From a virus (Duplodnaviria; Caudoviricetes), in IMG/VR virus record IMGVR_UViG_3300025909_000005: a DNA stretch of 64,000 bases. One strand, given 5' to 3'. The notes beneath the pieces are model-generated. The model did no database searches. It was given only the letters and a program-made list of their open reading frames with translations, and was not told where the DNA came from. Positions 17,297 to 27,414 of this stretch are shown here, piece by piece. Numbering within the stretch: position 1 is the first letter of the stretch; each line of letters begins with the position of its first letter. The translations under genes and the position numbers were made by a program.

Positions 17297-20200
17297 ATGA
17301 GAATCAACTTCCGTCAGGGTCTAATCTCCTACACCAAGGACGGTACCGGTGCACCGCAGTTCCTGCTCGCATCGCAGACCCCGGGCTTCATCTCTCTGAT
17401 CGTTAGCCCAACCCCTGTCACGGCAACGTTTGCTCATGGTGGCTCAGACTACCTGCAGACGTTTGACGTGACGGTTCCAACCGCATGGGGTCCAGTACAA
17501 GGTTCCACACCGACGTACCTCTACTGGGACATCGACCTGCTGTCAGCAGCTGTCTCGTACGGTACCACCGTTCTTGAGCCGACCTTCGGCGCCACTCCTC
17601 CTCCAGCAGTCGAGGACCAGCACTGGTTTGACACGACCACGAACAAGATGCGGGTCTGGTCGGCCGCTGCCAACAAGTGGGTTGAGCGCGTCAGGTTGTT
17701 CGCAGGTTCAGTCATCGGCAGCCAGATCATTCCTCAGGAAGCTGGCTCACAGGTTGGACTGAACGTTCCCTCGAACGCGGGCTACATCATGCTCGACTCG
17801 CTGCTGCGCCCGTTCCGCACGTCAGCAGATGAGCTCCTGACTACCGACACGCCAGTTCGAATCAAGACAACGAGCGGCACGTCCGGCGTTCTCTCGACTC
17901 CACCAAGCGCCATCACCGCCGTTCGTGCGGCTCAGAACATTCCAGCCATGACGCTCGTCTACTTCGTAGGCGAGAACCTGGTTGCCGCTGCCTCGAGCGA
18001 CCCTGGCCTGGTTCAGCGCCAGATCCCAGTCGGTATCATCCAGCAGCCGCTCGCTGCAAACGAGATTGGCAACCTCTCACTACACGGCGCCATCACCTAC
18101 GACCAGTGGGACTGGAGCGACTCCCTTGGAAAGCCGGTCTACTGCAACTCGTACGGTCGCCTGACGACGTCACGTCCTCAAGGCGTGCTTGCGTACCGCA
18201 TCGGTACGATCCAGAACCACAACACGATCCTTCTTAACATCGATGCTGAGACGTTCCCGCAGGTCTACTCTCAGACCGCGAACGAGGTCATCATCGCAGG
18301 CACCGCGCCTGTCACGACCGTTGAGACGACGAACGACCTTGGTGAACGCGTTGTCACCATCTCGGTCGCGCCTTCAGACCCAAGCCAGCCGAGCTTGCTC
18401 ACGCCTGAGCAGGCGGCAGAGATTGCAAGCATCCAGCCTGGCTTCGACCACCTTCAGTCTGAGATTGACGCCACAAACCAGAGCGTTACTGACCTGCAGA
18501 GCGAGCTTGATGCCGACCTCATCGACATTCAGAACAAGCTTGACCAGAAGTTCGACGCTGACTACACGCCGTTCGACGCACGCTACGCACTGATCGACCA
18601 CAACCACGATGGTCGCTACGCGCCGCTCGTCCACACGCACGAGATCGTGGACGTGCTTGGTCTGCAAGATGCCCTCAACGCGAAGGCCGATCGCACCCAC
18701 CTCACCCAGCTTGATGAGGTCTACACGTCCGTCGATCGCACGGGCCTCACTGACGTTGGCACCGCACCGACACTGCCAGACATTCTCGACGGCCTCCAGA
18801 CCCAGCTCGACAACATTCCACCTGGTTACACCGACGCGCAGACAGATGCCCGCATTGCCTTGACTCCGCTCAGCGGCATCAAGGACGTCAAGTACACTGG
18901 CGTTCGCGCAGGCGGCGACGTACTGTCATTCGACCTTGGCACTGGCAACTGGACAAATCGCACGCTTCCTCAGTACATCGTCTCAGTCAATGGCAAGACA
19001 GGTACCGACATCGTCCTCACAACTGACGACATCGAGGAAGGCACCGTTCACCTCTTCTTCAATGAAGCGAACTTCCTGGTGCTCTTCAACTCGGCCATCT
19101 CGACTACCTCCATCAACGCCCTCGTTGACGTTCAGACGGAGTACACTGACGAGCATGGCCAGCACGTGTCTCCACAAGATGGTCAGGTTCTGACTTGGTC
19201 GGATCCTATCTCGCAGTGGATCCCGTCAACGATGCAGGTCAACGTCACCTCGGTGAACTCGAAGCTAGGCGATGTCGTTCTGACGACGACTGATGTGCTT
19301 GAGCCCGAAGGCGACAACCCACCGAACAAGTACTTCACGATTGGTCGCACCATTCAGGTGATGAACGATCAGCCACTCAAGACTCTCTCAGACATCGACA
19401 AGGCGATCTCGCCGCTGCCCTTTGACGTGCTTGCCTGGGACGGCGCCAAGTGGACGAACCTGGCACTGCCTGTCGCGCCTGTCCGCATGGTCTGCGGTTA
19501 CATTTCGGATGACTTCCCAAGCGGCAACATCGCGCTAACGACAGCGGACATCACTGAGGATCCAAGCAACCTCTACTGGACGCAGCGTCGCTTTGACGAT
19601 GCGTACCGTGAAAAGAAGATCGTCGGCCTGAAGGACTTCGCTGGAACGCCGCACAACGGCCAGTTCCTCGCGTTCTCTCAACCGCTCGACGAAGACGGCA
19701 ACCCAACTGGCGATGGCTACTGGGTTCCTACGCCGGCGCCTGGCGCGCCGGTCACGAGCGTAAACAACAAGACAGGGGCCGTTGTTCTGACGGCTGCTGA
19801 CTTCGGTATCTCTTCCTTCTACACAACGGCAGACTTCACGACTGACCTGAACGACCAGTTCCCGCACAAGATCAACAACACCTCGATCACGTCTCTCAAG
19901 AACGTGGCTGCAGGTGCACTTGACGGTGAGTTCCTCCAGTACGATGCCGCAAGCGACACGTGGCACGGTGGAGTTCCACCAACTGCGGTTGTTACGTCTG
20001 TTGCAACCAAGACTGGTGACATCACCCTCGTTCCTGGTGACATCGTCGAGCCAACAACCGTTGGAAATGCCACGCTGATCTTCTTCAGCGCGCAGCGCTT
20101 CAAGAACAACTTCCAGGCCTCTTCAATTGCTGACTTGGCTGACTTGAGCATCTCGAACCCACAGTCGAACGACACGCTGATCTTCAATGGAACCAAGTGG

Positions 20201-21262
20201 GCAAACGCTCCAGTTCCATCTGCTCCTGTCTTGACGGTTGCTGGTCGTACTGGCAACATCAGCCTGACGACAGACGACGTCGGTGAGGGCTCCAATCTCT
20301 ACTGGACCCAAACGCGCTTCACGAACGCGTTCACCTCGGCCTATCAGTCAAAGACCCTGAGTTCCCTCAAGGACATCAACGGCTACAGTGTCGCGAACGC
20401 TGGTCAGTACCTCAAGGCCTACGACAACGGCGATGGTACCCTGCACTGGGGTCCAGGTGATGCGCCTGGCGCACCCGTTACATCCGTCGCCGGTCGCACC
20501 GGTGCGATCACGCTGACAACGTCTGACGTCGCAGAAGGCAGCAACCAGTACTTCACGACTTCGCGCCTCTCTGCTGCGCTCGCCACCCTTTCGATCGACG
20601 GCTTCAATGACGTGACAACGACGTCTCCTGTTACAGGACAGGTTCTCAAGTGGAATGGTGTGCAGTGGGTCAATGACGTTGTCAACATTTCCAGCTCTGC
20701 TGTCATCTCGGCCCTTGGCTACACTCCAGCAAACGTGGGTGGTGATTCGTTCACTGGCCCGATCGGCTCGAACAACACCGTCACGGGTACGCGCTTTATC
20801 TCGACAACTGCAACAGGCACCGCTCCGCTGACCGTTGCAAGCACAACGCTCGTCACTAACCTGAATGCACAGCTCTTCAACTCGCAGTCTTCGACGTACT
20901 ACACTGACACGTACATGACGTTTGCGATCTCGGACGAGTCAACGACTCCAACCGTTGGCTCTGCCAAGATCACGTTCCGTGCCCCGTACGCCATCACGCT
21001 GACGCAGATTCCACGCCTGTCGCTGACCGCATCTGGTTCTTCTGGCCTGACAACGGTCGACATCAAGCTTGCAGGTACAACCATTCTTGGTTCAGCAAAG
21101 CTCTCGATCGACGCCACTGAAAAGACCTCTGTCACGGCAGCAACACCTACAACGCTGGCTGTTACATCAATCCCTGATGACGGTGAAATCACGGTCGACC
21201 TCAACGCCATCGGTACTGGCGCAACAGGTCTCAAGGTCACTCTCTATTTCCGCAAGACGTAA
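17297..21262 (+). CDS. large virion structural protein, tail-fibre-like
   Basis: 1321 aa; about seven VTSVxGKTGxxxLT repeats alternating with GQVLxW..W repeats; C-terminal beta-rich SDE...ITFRAPY domain. Confidence 0.8.
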   Translation: MRINFRQGLISYTKDGTGAPQFLLASQTPGFISLIVSPTPVTATFAHGGSDYLQTFDVTVPTAWGPVQGSTPTYLYWDIDLLSAAVSYGTTVLEPTFGATPPPAVEDQHWFDTTTNKMRVWSAAANKWVERVRLFAGSVIGSQIIPQEAGSQVGLNVPSNAGYIMLDSLLRPFRTSADELLTTDTPVRIKTTSGTSGVLSTPPSAITAVRAAQNIPAMTLVYFVGENLVAAASSDPGLVQRQIPVGIIQQPLAANEIGNLSLHGAITYDQWDWSDSLGKPVYCNSYGRLTTSRPQGVLAYRIGTIQNHNTILLNIDAETFPQVYSQTANEVIIAGTAPVTTVETTNDLGERVVTISVAPSDPSQPSLLTPEQAAEIASIQPGFDHLQSEIDATNQSVTDLQSELDADLIDIQNKLDQKFDADYTPFDARYALIDHNHDGRYAPLVHTHEIVDVLGLQDALNAKADRTHLTQLDEVYTSVDRTGLTDVGTAPTLPDILDGLQTQLDNIPPGYTDAQTDARIALTPLSGIKDVKYTGVRAGGDVLSFDLGTGNWTNRTLPQYIVSVNGKTGTDIVLTTDDIEEGTVHLFFNEANFLVLFNSAISTTSINALVDVQTEYTDEHGQHVSPQDGQVLTWSDPISQWIPSTMQVNVTSVNSKLGDVVLTTTDVLEPEGDNPPNKYFTIGRTIQVMNDQPLKTLSDIDKAISPLPFDVLAWDGAKWTNLALPVAPVRMVCGYISDDFPSGNIALTTADITEDPSNLYWTQRRFDDAYREKKIVGLKDFAGTPHNGQFLAFSQPLDEDGNPTGDGYWVPTPAPGAPVTSVNNKTGAVVLTAADFGISSFYTTADFTTDLNDQFPHKINNTSITSLKNVAAGALDGEFLQYDAASDTWHGGVPPTAVVTSVATKTGDITLVPGDIVEPTTVGNATLIFFSAQRFKNNFQASSIADLADLSISNPQSNDTLIFNGTKWANAPVPSAPVLTVAGRTGNISLTTDDVGEGSNLYWTQTRFTNAFTSAYQSKTLSSLKDINGYSVANAGQYLKAYDNGDGTLHWGPGDAPGAPVTSVAGRTGAITLTTSDVAEGSNQYFTTSRLSAALATLSIDGFNDVTTTSPVTGQVLKWNGVQWVNDVVNISSSAVISALGYTPANVGGDSFTGPIGSNNTVTGTRFISTTATGTAPLTVASTTLVTNLNAQLFNSQSSTYYTDTYMTFAISDESTTPTVGSAKITFRAPYAITLTQIPRLSLTASGSSGLTTVDIKLAGTTILGSAKLSIDATEKTSVTAATPTTLAVTSIPDDGEITVDLNAIGTGATGLKVTLYFRKT

Positions 21263-21972
21263 TGCCCTTTCTTCTGAACCCTTACGCCCTGGCGCCGACG
21301 ATCGTTGTCCCTCATGACCCGCTTTTCGCGAACGTAACACTCCTCACAAACGTCGTGGGTGGTTCGATCGTCGATCAGTCCCAGTATGGCAACACACTCA
21401 CGCCGACAGGCGTCACGGTAGACACAGTCAACGTGGCCATCGCTGGTACGTCGTCAATGAAGTTCACGAGCACGAGCTTCATCTCTGTCACGCCGTACAC
21501 AGCGGCAAAGTTCGATCTGTCCTCTACCAACAAAATCTGGACAGTCGAGGCGTACGTTTACCTCGATGGCAACCAGTCATCGATTCCATCCCTGCGTCTC
21601 GACATCGCTGGCAATCAAGGCGCAAGCACTGGCTGGGAATGTGACATCTCTTCCAGCGCCATTGGCATGACCTTCCCAGGCTTTGGTGGACCTGCACTCG
21701 GCGCCCATGCCGTTGGCAACCAGGGCTGGCACCACATCGTCTGGCAGCGGAACAACTCGTCCTACACAGCGGGCGAGGACGGCAACATGTACTCAGCCGT
21801 CACGTACACGGGTGGTGGTGGAGCGAACAACTTCATGAAGATCGGTGGCAACTTGAACAACTCGACCACCATTGCCTACCACATCCAGAACCTGCGCATG
21901 ACCGTCGGTGTGAACCGCTACGCCATGTCGACTGGAGGTTACACAGTTCCTACAACGTTCCCTACGTCGTAG
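21262..21972 (+). CDS. LamG/concanavalin-A-like tail-associated protein
   Basis: DPLFANVTLL, WTVEAYVY, WHHIV, IQNLRMTVGVNRY pattern. Confidence 0.7.
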   Translation: MPFLLNPYALAPTIVVPHDPLFANVTLLTNVVGGSIVDQSQYGNTLTPTGVTVDTVNVAIAGTSSMKFTSTSFISVTPYTAAKFDLSSTNKIWTVEAYVYLDGNQSSIPSLRLDIAGNQGASTGWECDISSSAIGMTFPGFGGPALGAHAVGNQGWHHIVWQRNNSSYTAGEDGNMYSAVTYTGGGGANNFMKIGGNLNNSTTIAYHIQNLRMTVGVNRYAMSTGGYTVPTTFPTS

Positions 21973-22001
21973 TGTACAATGGGCGCTAGCTGGACTATAA
22001 T
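21972..22001 (+). promoter_or_regulatory. early-type promoter
   Basis: GTGTAC-N18-TATAAT. Confidence 0.65.
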
Positions 22002-22006
22002 CAGCT

Positions 22007-22288
22007 ATGCTCTTCCTAATCGCAGCCGTTACGATCGCCGCAAGCGCACCTCAAGCGCATACGCAGACGTTCACGCAACGATCTGTCTGCTCGGGAGAGC
22101 GCTGCACGGTCTCGATTCAAACTGACGCGCCCATCATCATCTCGAAGGTCCAAAAGGGCCGTTCGCCGTACACGTTCGTGTTGGCTGCTGGTGGGTTCTT
22201 CACGACCGACTATGAGGCAAGTGCCCCTCCTGAAATCGTTGTGGTTGCCAACAAGGTTGCCACGACCCTCACCTTGGCACACGAATGA
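22007..22288 (+). CDS. hypothetical exported protein
   Basis: signal-peptide-like N-terminus. Confidence 0.6.
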   Translation: MLFLIAAVTIAASAPQAHTQTFTQRSVCSGERCTVSIQTDAPIIISKVQKGRSPYTFVLAAGGFFTTDYEASAPPEIVVVANKVATTLTLAHE

Positions 22289-22536
22289 GCGAACGACACC
22301 GAAGACAAGTCCAGAACTGGCAGTCGGCCCACTACAACCCGCCCACTGAGTGGAGCAACGGCCACACGGTCCGTGACCGTGACGGCAAGGAGTCATACGC
22401 GTTCTTTGCCCGTTACGAGTACGACTACAGCATGAACCGATGGGGCGTCTGGTACCAGATGGACGCGCCAAAGCTGGGCAACATCGGTCTCCAGATTTGG
22501 CCTCACGAGTGGTTGAACGGGATGATTGTCGTCTGA
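22285..22536 (+). CDS. hypothetical protein
   Basis: 83-aa ORF, coupled. Confidence 0.6.
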   Translation: MSERHRRQVQNWQSAHYNPPTEWSNGHTVRDRDGKESYAFFARYEYDYSMNRWGVWYQMDAPKLGNIGLQIWPHEWLNGMIVV

Positions 22537-22579
22537 GTTACACTTTCTCAGTGTACACATCTCGCAGGTTGGATATAAT
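22537..22579 (+). promoter_or_regulatory. composite early promoter
   Basis: GTTACACTT, GTGTAC-N17-TATAAT, CAGGTT in the spacer. Confidence 0.75.
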
Positions 22580-22612
22580 GAATCCATACCAACCCACTTA
22601 GGAAGTTTCGAA

Positions 22613-23293
22613 ATGGCAAAGCTCAATCTCTTCAAGGCTGCAACCGAAGTTTCGGCGAAGCCCACGGCCGCCAAGAAGCGTGCGAAGCTCGAAGTTCCGA
22701 TGAATGACATCGCGAACCTCGCCAAGATCAAGGCGATGATGGATTCCCTCGAGGCGGCCAAGGCCACGCTCGAGCAGTCGATCAAGTCGGCCGGCTTCGA
22801 GAAGTTCCTCGAAATCTCCGGCTCGGTCCGTCCCGAATCGTTCAAGGGCATCGACGGCGTCGGTTCCGCCTCCGTCGAAATGCGCAAGCGCGGTACGAAC
22901 TCCGCCCTCAACGCCGACGAAGTCGCGGCTCTCGAAGCCATGGGTCTGAAGCCCTTCGAACAGGTCATCACGACCGAGATGTACGGCATCAACCCGAAGT
23001 ACGCCGCGGACGAAACGCTGATGGAGAAGGTCTCCGAAGCCATCGGCAGCTTCGTTCCGGAAGACTTCATCGTCCTCCAAGCCGGCGTCAAGAAGAACGT
23101 CGTCGATGACGGTCTCGTGAACTCGGTCTTCGCGATGTCGGCCAACGATCCGAACCGCCGTTCGGCCATCAAGCTGGTCACGACGATGGCCCTCAAGCCG
23201 AAGCTCTCCGCTGACTACGACTTCACGCAGCTCGCTGCTGATGTGCAAGCTCTGATCAAGCCGGTGCAGGACGACGAAGCCGAAGAAGCCTGA
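22613..23293 (+). CDS. hypothetical protein, probably highly expressed early
   Basis: ATG 22613 after TAGGAAG; extreme C/G third-position bias. Confidence 0.8.
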   Translation: MAKLNLFKAATEVSAKPTAAKKRAKLEVPMNDIANLAKIKAMMDSLEAAKATLEQSIKSAGFEKFLEISGSVRPESFKGIDGVGSASVEMRKRGTNSALNADEVAALEAMGLKPFEQVITTEMYGINPKYAADETLMEKVSEAIGSFVPEDFIVLQAGVKKNVVDDGLVNSVFAMSANDPNRRSAIKLVTTMALKPKLSADYDFTQLAADVQALIKPVQDDEAEEA

Positions 23294-23382
23294 AATGCTT
23301 CTGATCCTCTGCCTCGTTTCCCTGATCGTCGGCCAGCCCGGGCTGGCCCTTCTCTTCGCAATCCTCTGGGTGATCTTCTGAC

Positions 23383-23589
23383 ATGGACAACAACTTCCAC
23401 AGACTCGCGGAGCAGTTCGCGGACGAGAACCCCGATATCGTCGACCACGTCCGCCTGATCGAGGACTGGTACAACGACGAGGGCATCGACATGCGCATCC
23501 GCCAGTTCGTCGCACACCAGGGGATCGACCCCGCCTGGGAAGACGAACTCGTCGAGGTCATCACCGAACATCTCGAGGAAGTGGCCTGA
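23383..23589 (+). CDS. hypothetical protein
   Basis: 68-aa acidic ORF. Confidence 0.65.
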   Translation: MDNNFHRLAEQFADENPDIVDHVRLIEDWYNDEGIDMRIRQFVAHQGIDPAWEDELVEVITEHLEEVA

Positions 23590-23747
23590 TGGTTTCCTTC
23601 TTCATCGTTCTTGGCGTCGGACTCGTGATCGGGTCCTACGTCGGCGCCTACTTCGGTGGGTTCATCAACGCACTTGTCGCGTGTGGGCTTCTGCTCCTCT
23701 CGCTACTCGTGATCTGTTTCCTCATCCTCGCCTTCGCAGCCATCTGA
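23589..23747 (+). CDS. small membrane protein
   Basis: 52 aa, two hydrophobic stretches, coupled. Confidence 0.55.
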   Translation: MVSFFIVLGVGLVIGSYVGAYFGGFINALVACGLLLLSLLVICFLILAFAAI

Positions 23748-23757
23748 AAGACACACC

Positions 23758-24048
23758 ATGAGCATTCGTGACGAAGCCCTCGAGTCCGCTGACATGTTCA
23801 TCGAGGACGTGAAGGAGGCTGCCGGCCTCGACTACACCAAGCACCGCGAGGCCATCGCTGACCTCTACGAGCACGGCCACTGGAACGGCAGCAACGACGT
23901 CTACCTCCGCACGGGCGATGCGTCGCTGCCGAACCTGCGCTTCATCCAGGAAGACGAGTACGACCAGTCCATGGACGAGGACGAAGACCGTCCCGAGTGG
24001 GACGAGATGATCTGCTCGACTGACAACGGCTACGTCTGGTACGCATGA
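23758..24048 (+). CDS. hypothetical protein
   Basis: 96-aa acidic ORF. Confidence 0.7.
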   Translation: MSIRDEALESADMFIEDVKEAAGLDYTKHREAIADLYEHGHWNGSNDVYLRTGDASLPNLRFIQEDEYDQSMDEDEDRPEWDEMICSTDNGYVWYA

Positions 24049-24206
24049 CCCACTTCCAGTTCCTGCTCAACGTGATCTTCTTCGGCTTCATCGGCTGCGC
24101 GATCACGGAGGGACTGCTGCACAGGCCGGTGCTCACAGAGTGGTGGCTGCGCATCTGCTTCTTCGCTGCCTTCATGGACCTCTTTCTCTGGATTTTCCCA
24201 TGGTGA
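24045..24206 (+). CDS. small membrane protein
   Basis: 53 aa hydrophobic, ATGA-coupled. Confidence 0.5.
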   Translation: MTHFQFLLNVIFFGFIGCAITEGLLHRPVLTEWWLRICFFAAFMDLFLWIFPW

Positions 24207-24209
24207 CCT

Positions 24210-24734
24210 ATGCTCGTTAACATCCTCCTCTACAACGGCCCGAAAGACCCGACCATGGAGGCCATCTTGGCCATCCTCGGGCAGGGCGGCAAGGTCGAAC
24301 GCATCGACACCGGCGTCTACGACTGTCCGCACTTCAACTTCAGCAACGAAGTCGGCATTCACGAGTACGACGACAAGTATCCTCATCTGACGAGGATCAC
24401 GAGTGAAGAAGACATCGCTGTGGCGCTGGCTAACGATCGTCCGGTCTACGAGAGCTTCGGCTGCTATGGCGTCTGCGACAACTACAAGCAGGTCATCGAG
24501 CAGTGCAAGGAGCTGCAGCCCAGCGATCCCGGCCTGTACATCATGTCGGTCACGCGTGTTTCCCGTGACGAGCAACCGGCCGAGGGCGGCTGGCGCTGGC
24601 ACAAGTGGGGCGAGTACATCGGCGCACAGAACCCGCAGCACGAGTACCTCTACGACGAGAAGGACATCGACGAGGTCTTCTGCTACCACGTTCTTCATGT
24701 GCCCGAGAACATGGCCGTTGAGCTGCCAGTGTAA
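24210..24734 (+). CDS. hypothetical phage protein
   Basis: 174 aa with GWRWHKWGEYIG motif. Confidence 0.75.
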   Translation: MLVNILLYNGPKDPTMEAILAILGQGGKVERIDTGVYDCPHFNFSNEVGIHEYDDKYPHLTRITSEEDIAVALANDRPVYESFGCYGVCDNYKQVIEQCKELQPSDPGLYIMSVTRVSRDEQPAEGGWRWHKWGEYIGAQNPQHEYLYDEKDIDEVFCYHVLHVPENMAVELPV

Positions 24735-24740
24735 GAAGTG

Positions 24741-24769
24741 GTGTACTTCTCGGGCTGACTGGTTATAAT
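24741..24769 (+). promoter_or_regulatory. early-type promoter
   Basis: GTGTAC-N17-TATAAT. Confidence 0.75.
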
Positions 24770-24795
24770 GAACCTATCAACCCAAGGAGCTCTTC

Positions 24796-24972
24796 ATGTT
24801 CTACGCTCTCCAAAATCTCGACGACGCCGACACCGTGACCGAACACACGTACGATGACGTGGACGAGGCGTTCCGCAACGCCGAGCTGTTCACGCAGCTC
24901 GGTTACGAAGTCTCGGTGCCGAAGTCGATCGATGGCATCTCGTACACCTTCACTGTGGAGACGGTGCAGTGA
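24796..24972 (+). CDS. hypothetical protein (58 aa)
   Basis: AAGGAG RBS, directly after the promoter. Confidence 0.65.
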   Translation: MFYALQNLDDADTVTEHTYDDVDEAFRNAELFTQLGYEVSVPKSIDGISYTFTVETVQ

Positions 24973-25214
24973 TCACCGCTCAAGAGGCCGCTGCCCTGTC
25001 AGCGAAGAGCTGGCTCGAGAAAAGAATCGAGGATGCAGCCAAGAAGGGCCACTGGCAGGTCACGTTCAACTCCACGAATCTCCAGCTGATTCGCGAAGCC
25101 CGCCAAGAAGCGCTCGCCGCTGGCTTCAAGGTGAGTCACATTCTGACGCTCGTCGAGCGTGACGGCGACGACCACATCATCCACATCAACTGGCTCGCCT
25201 TCAAGAAGGATTGA
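24969..25214 (+). CDS. hypothetical protein
   Basis: GTGA-coupled ORF. Confidence 0.6.
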   Translation: MITAQEAAALSAKSWLEKRIEDAAKKGHWQVTFNSTNLQLIREARQEALAAGFKVSHILTLVERDGDDHIIHINWLAFKKD

Positions 25215-25215
25215 C

Positions 25216-25434
25216 ATGAGCAGCATGCGCTACATCATCGTCTACCGCGAGCGGCGCACCGGCCTCGTGGTCGTAGGTGCCGGTGAGAGCGACCGCATCG
25301 ACTACGACATCGCGTCCTCACGCGTCTTCCCCTACACCGATGAAGGTGAGGCCGAAGGCGAGGAGTACGCAGAAGAGCTCGCGCAGAAGAACGGCCTGAA
25401 CTTTCACGGTTCCCGCCGCCGCTACCTCGACTAA
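25216..25434 (+). CDS. hypothetical protein
   Basis: ATG after AAGGA. Confidence 0.6.
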   Translation: MSSMRYIIVYRERRTGLVVVGAGESDRIDYDIASSRVFPYTDEGEAEGEEYAEELAQKNGLNFHGSRRRYLD

Positions 25435-25467
25435 CACGCAGGTTAGCACCTGTGTTAGAATGGACCT

Positions 25468-25788
25468 ATGAGAGACAACGAAGCGAACCTCGCGTGGCTT
25501 TGCGGTGGCAACTTCAAGGTTGACATCGAAGGCAGGCGTGTTACGCACATCAAGCCTCAACCTGATGGCACGATCCAGTTTTACCTCATTCGTCCACCTG
25601 AGACGGAGATGGAGAAGGCGATCTGGTCCTCGGGTGTCGGCATGTCCTACATCGCTGAGAATCAGCAGGTTTTTCTCGAACCCGAGAAGGGCTACACGTA
25701 CATCGAGTGCAAGCTGAACGGCGAGGACGCCAAGTTCTACCACTTCCAATTCTGGGCCGAGGTGCCCCTCACTCTGGAGCACATGTGA
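25468..25788 (+). CDS. hypothetical protein
   Basis: 106 aa after a TAGAAT box. Confidence 0.65.
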   Translation: MRDNEANLAWLCGGNFKVDIEGRRVTHIKPQPDGTIQFYLIRPPETEMEKAIWSSGVGMSYIAENQQVFLEPEKGYTYIECKLNGEDAKFYHFQFWAEVPLTLEHM

Positions 25789-25864
25789 ACAACGAAACCC
25801 GCGACTTCATGGGGTCAGCAATCGCGCTGATCCTCGTCCTCTTCGCCATTGCGGTGGTGTTCGG

Positions 25865-26071
25865 ATGAATCGTCAGCAGCAAGCTGACGCCGTGGTCAGG
25901 GAGTTCGCGCCACGTGATGGCTCGGGTGCTCTCGGCAGGCGGTGTCGTGTCGAACTGAATGCGCTCTACGCCAAGTGGGATGCAGAAGACCTCAACGCAC
26001 GTGTGCCTGAGCTGAACCGCCTGGCAGACCAACGAAACCAAATGTGGAGATTCCTTGTCAGCCGCCGATGA
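25865..26071 (+). CDS. hypothetical protein
   Basis: 68-aa ORF in a coupled run. Confidence 0.5.
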   Translation: MNRQQQADAVVREFAPRDGSGALGRRCRVELNALYAKWDAEDLNARVPELNRLADQRNQMWRFLVSRR

Positions 26072-26273
26072 AATCCGTGCTCAAGCCTTCAAGCTCCAGC
26101 TGAAGGTGCAGGCCCTCGACCTGCTGAAGGACGCCATGCCCGACGTCAAGCATGGTCATGACTTCAGCAAGTGCGAGTACGACAACGGCGACTACTACGG
26201 GCCGTGCACATGCGGGCACTCTGACCGCCTGCGTCTCTACCGATTCATTGAAGAAGCGATCGCCAAAGCATGA
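26055..26273 (+). CDS. hypothetical protein
   Basis: 72 aa with H..C...C.C motif. Confidence 0.55.
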   Translation: MSAADEIRAQAFKLQLKVQALDLLKDAMPDVKHGHDFSKCEYDNGDYYGPCTCGHSDRLRLYRFIEEAIAKA

Positions 26274-26485
26274 ACGCAAGCCGACTCCTCAAGATCATGA
26301 AGGTTCTGCAGGACGCAGGGCAGGGTGACGCCACCATCGAGGCAGTGAAGGATGGGTTGATCGTCTTCGTCGAGATGCTCGTCATCACAGCACAACATCG
26401 AAAGGTGTACGACGAGCTGAACGAAGAGCTCGAGGAGCTCGGCGGGACGCAGATCGAGGGCGACGTCTGGAAGTTCTTCCTATGA
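26270..26485 (+). CDS. hypothetical protein
   Basis: 71 aa, coupled. Confidence 0.6.
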   Translation: MNASRLLKIMKVLQDAGQGDATIEAVKDGLIVFVEMLVITAQHRKVYDELNEELEELGGTQIEGDVWKFFL

Positions 26486-27414
26486 GCGACCTCTGGGCAA
26501 TCACCACCTACTTCAACCCCTGCCGCTACAAGACCCGCCGGGTCAACTACGAGCGGTTCATGGAGGGGCTGGCGCGTCAAGGTGTGCCGTGCTTCACCGT
26601 CGAGTGCGTGTTCGACGGTGAGGAGTTCGAGCTCCCACCTGGTCCGAACCTCCTGCAGATTCGGAGTGAGTCGCTGCTCTGGCAGAAGGAGCGGCTGCTG
26701 AACCTCGCTGCGCAGAAGCTGCCACCTGAGGCGAGGTACGTGGCGTGGTTGGACGCAGACATCCTCTTTGAGAACGATCGGTGGCCACTGCAGGCGAAGC
26801 ACCTCATGGACACCCATCCAGTCGTGCAACTCTTCACCTCTGCGGACCGCCTGGACGAACAGGACAACAGCGTGGGTGACGTCGTCTACTCCTTCGGAGC
26901 CGTGACGGGCAGTGACCCTGAGCTGCTTGAAGCCCAGCGCTACGACGTTCACGGCCACACAGGCTACGCCTGGGCGATGACGCGAGAGCTCTTCGACAAG
27001 GTCGGTCTCTACGAACACTCGGTCGTGGGGTCGTCAGACCACTTCATGGCTCATGCCATCCACAACGACTACGGCTTCTGCATCGCCAACGCCCTCAAGC
27101 ACGACGCGCTGCAGATCGAGCACTTCAAGGCGTGGGGTCAGAAGTTTCACGCCATTGTGCAGGGTCGGTTCGCAGTCGTTCCCGGCAAGATCAATCACCT
27201 CTGGCACGGCGACCTGAAGAACCGTCGATACTTCATGCGCATGCACGACGTCACCGATCTAGGCTTCAACCCGAACACCGACGTTGAGGCGCCGGAAGGT
27301 CGGCCTCTCCGCTGGACGACCACCGCACGTGCCAAACCTGAACTCATCGCCTACTTCTACAACTACTTCGCCGCTCGTCAAGAAGACGGCGAGCAACTCG
27401 AAAGAGCAGCATGA
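26482..27414 (+). CDS. GT-A fold glycosyltransferase-like protein
   Basis: LLWQKERLLN, YVAWLDADILF (DxD), GYAWA, HLWHG. Confidence 0.65.
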   Translation: MSDLWAITTYFNPCRYKTRRVNYERFMEGLARQGVPCFTVECVFDGEEFELPPGPNLLQIRSESLLWQKERLLNLAAQKLPPEARYVAWLDADILFENDRWPLQAKHLMDTHPVVQLFTSADRLDEQDNSVGDVVYSFGAVTGSDPELLEAQRYDVHGHTGYAWAMTRELFDKVGLYEHSVVGSSDHFMAHAIHNDYGFCIANALKHDALQIEHFKAWGQKFHAIVQGRFAVVPGKINHLWHGDLKNRRYFMRMHDVTDLGFNPNTDVEAPEGRPLRWTTTARAKPELIAYFYNYFAARQEDGEQLERAA

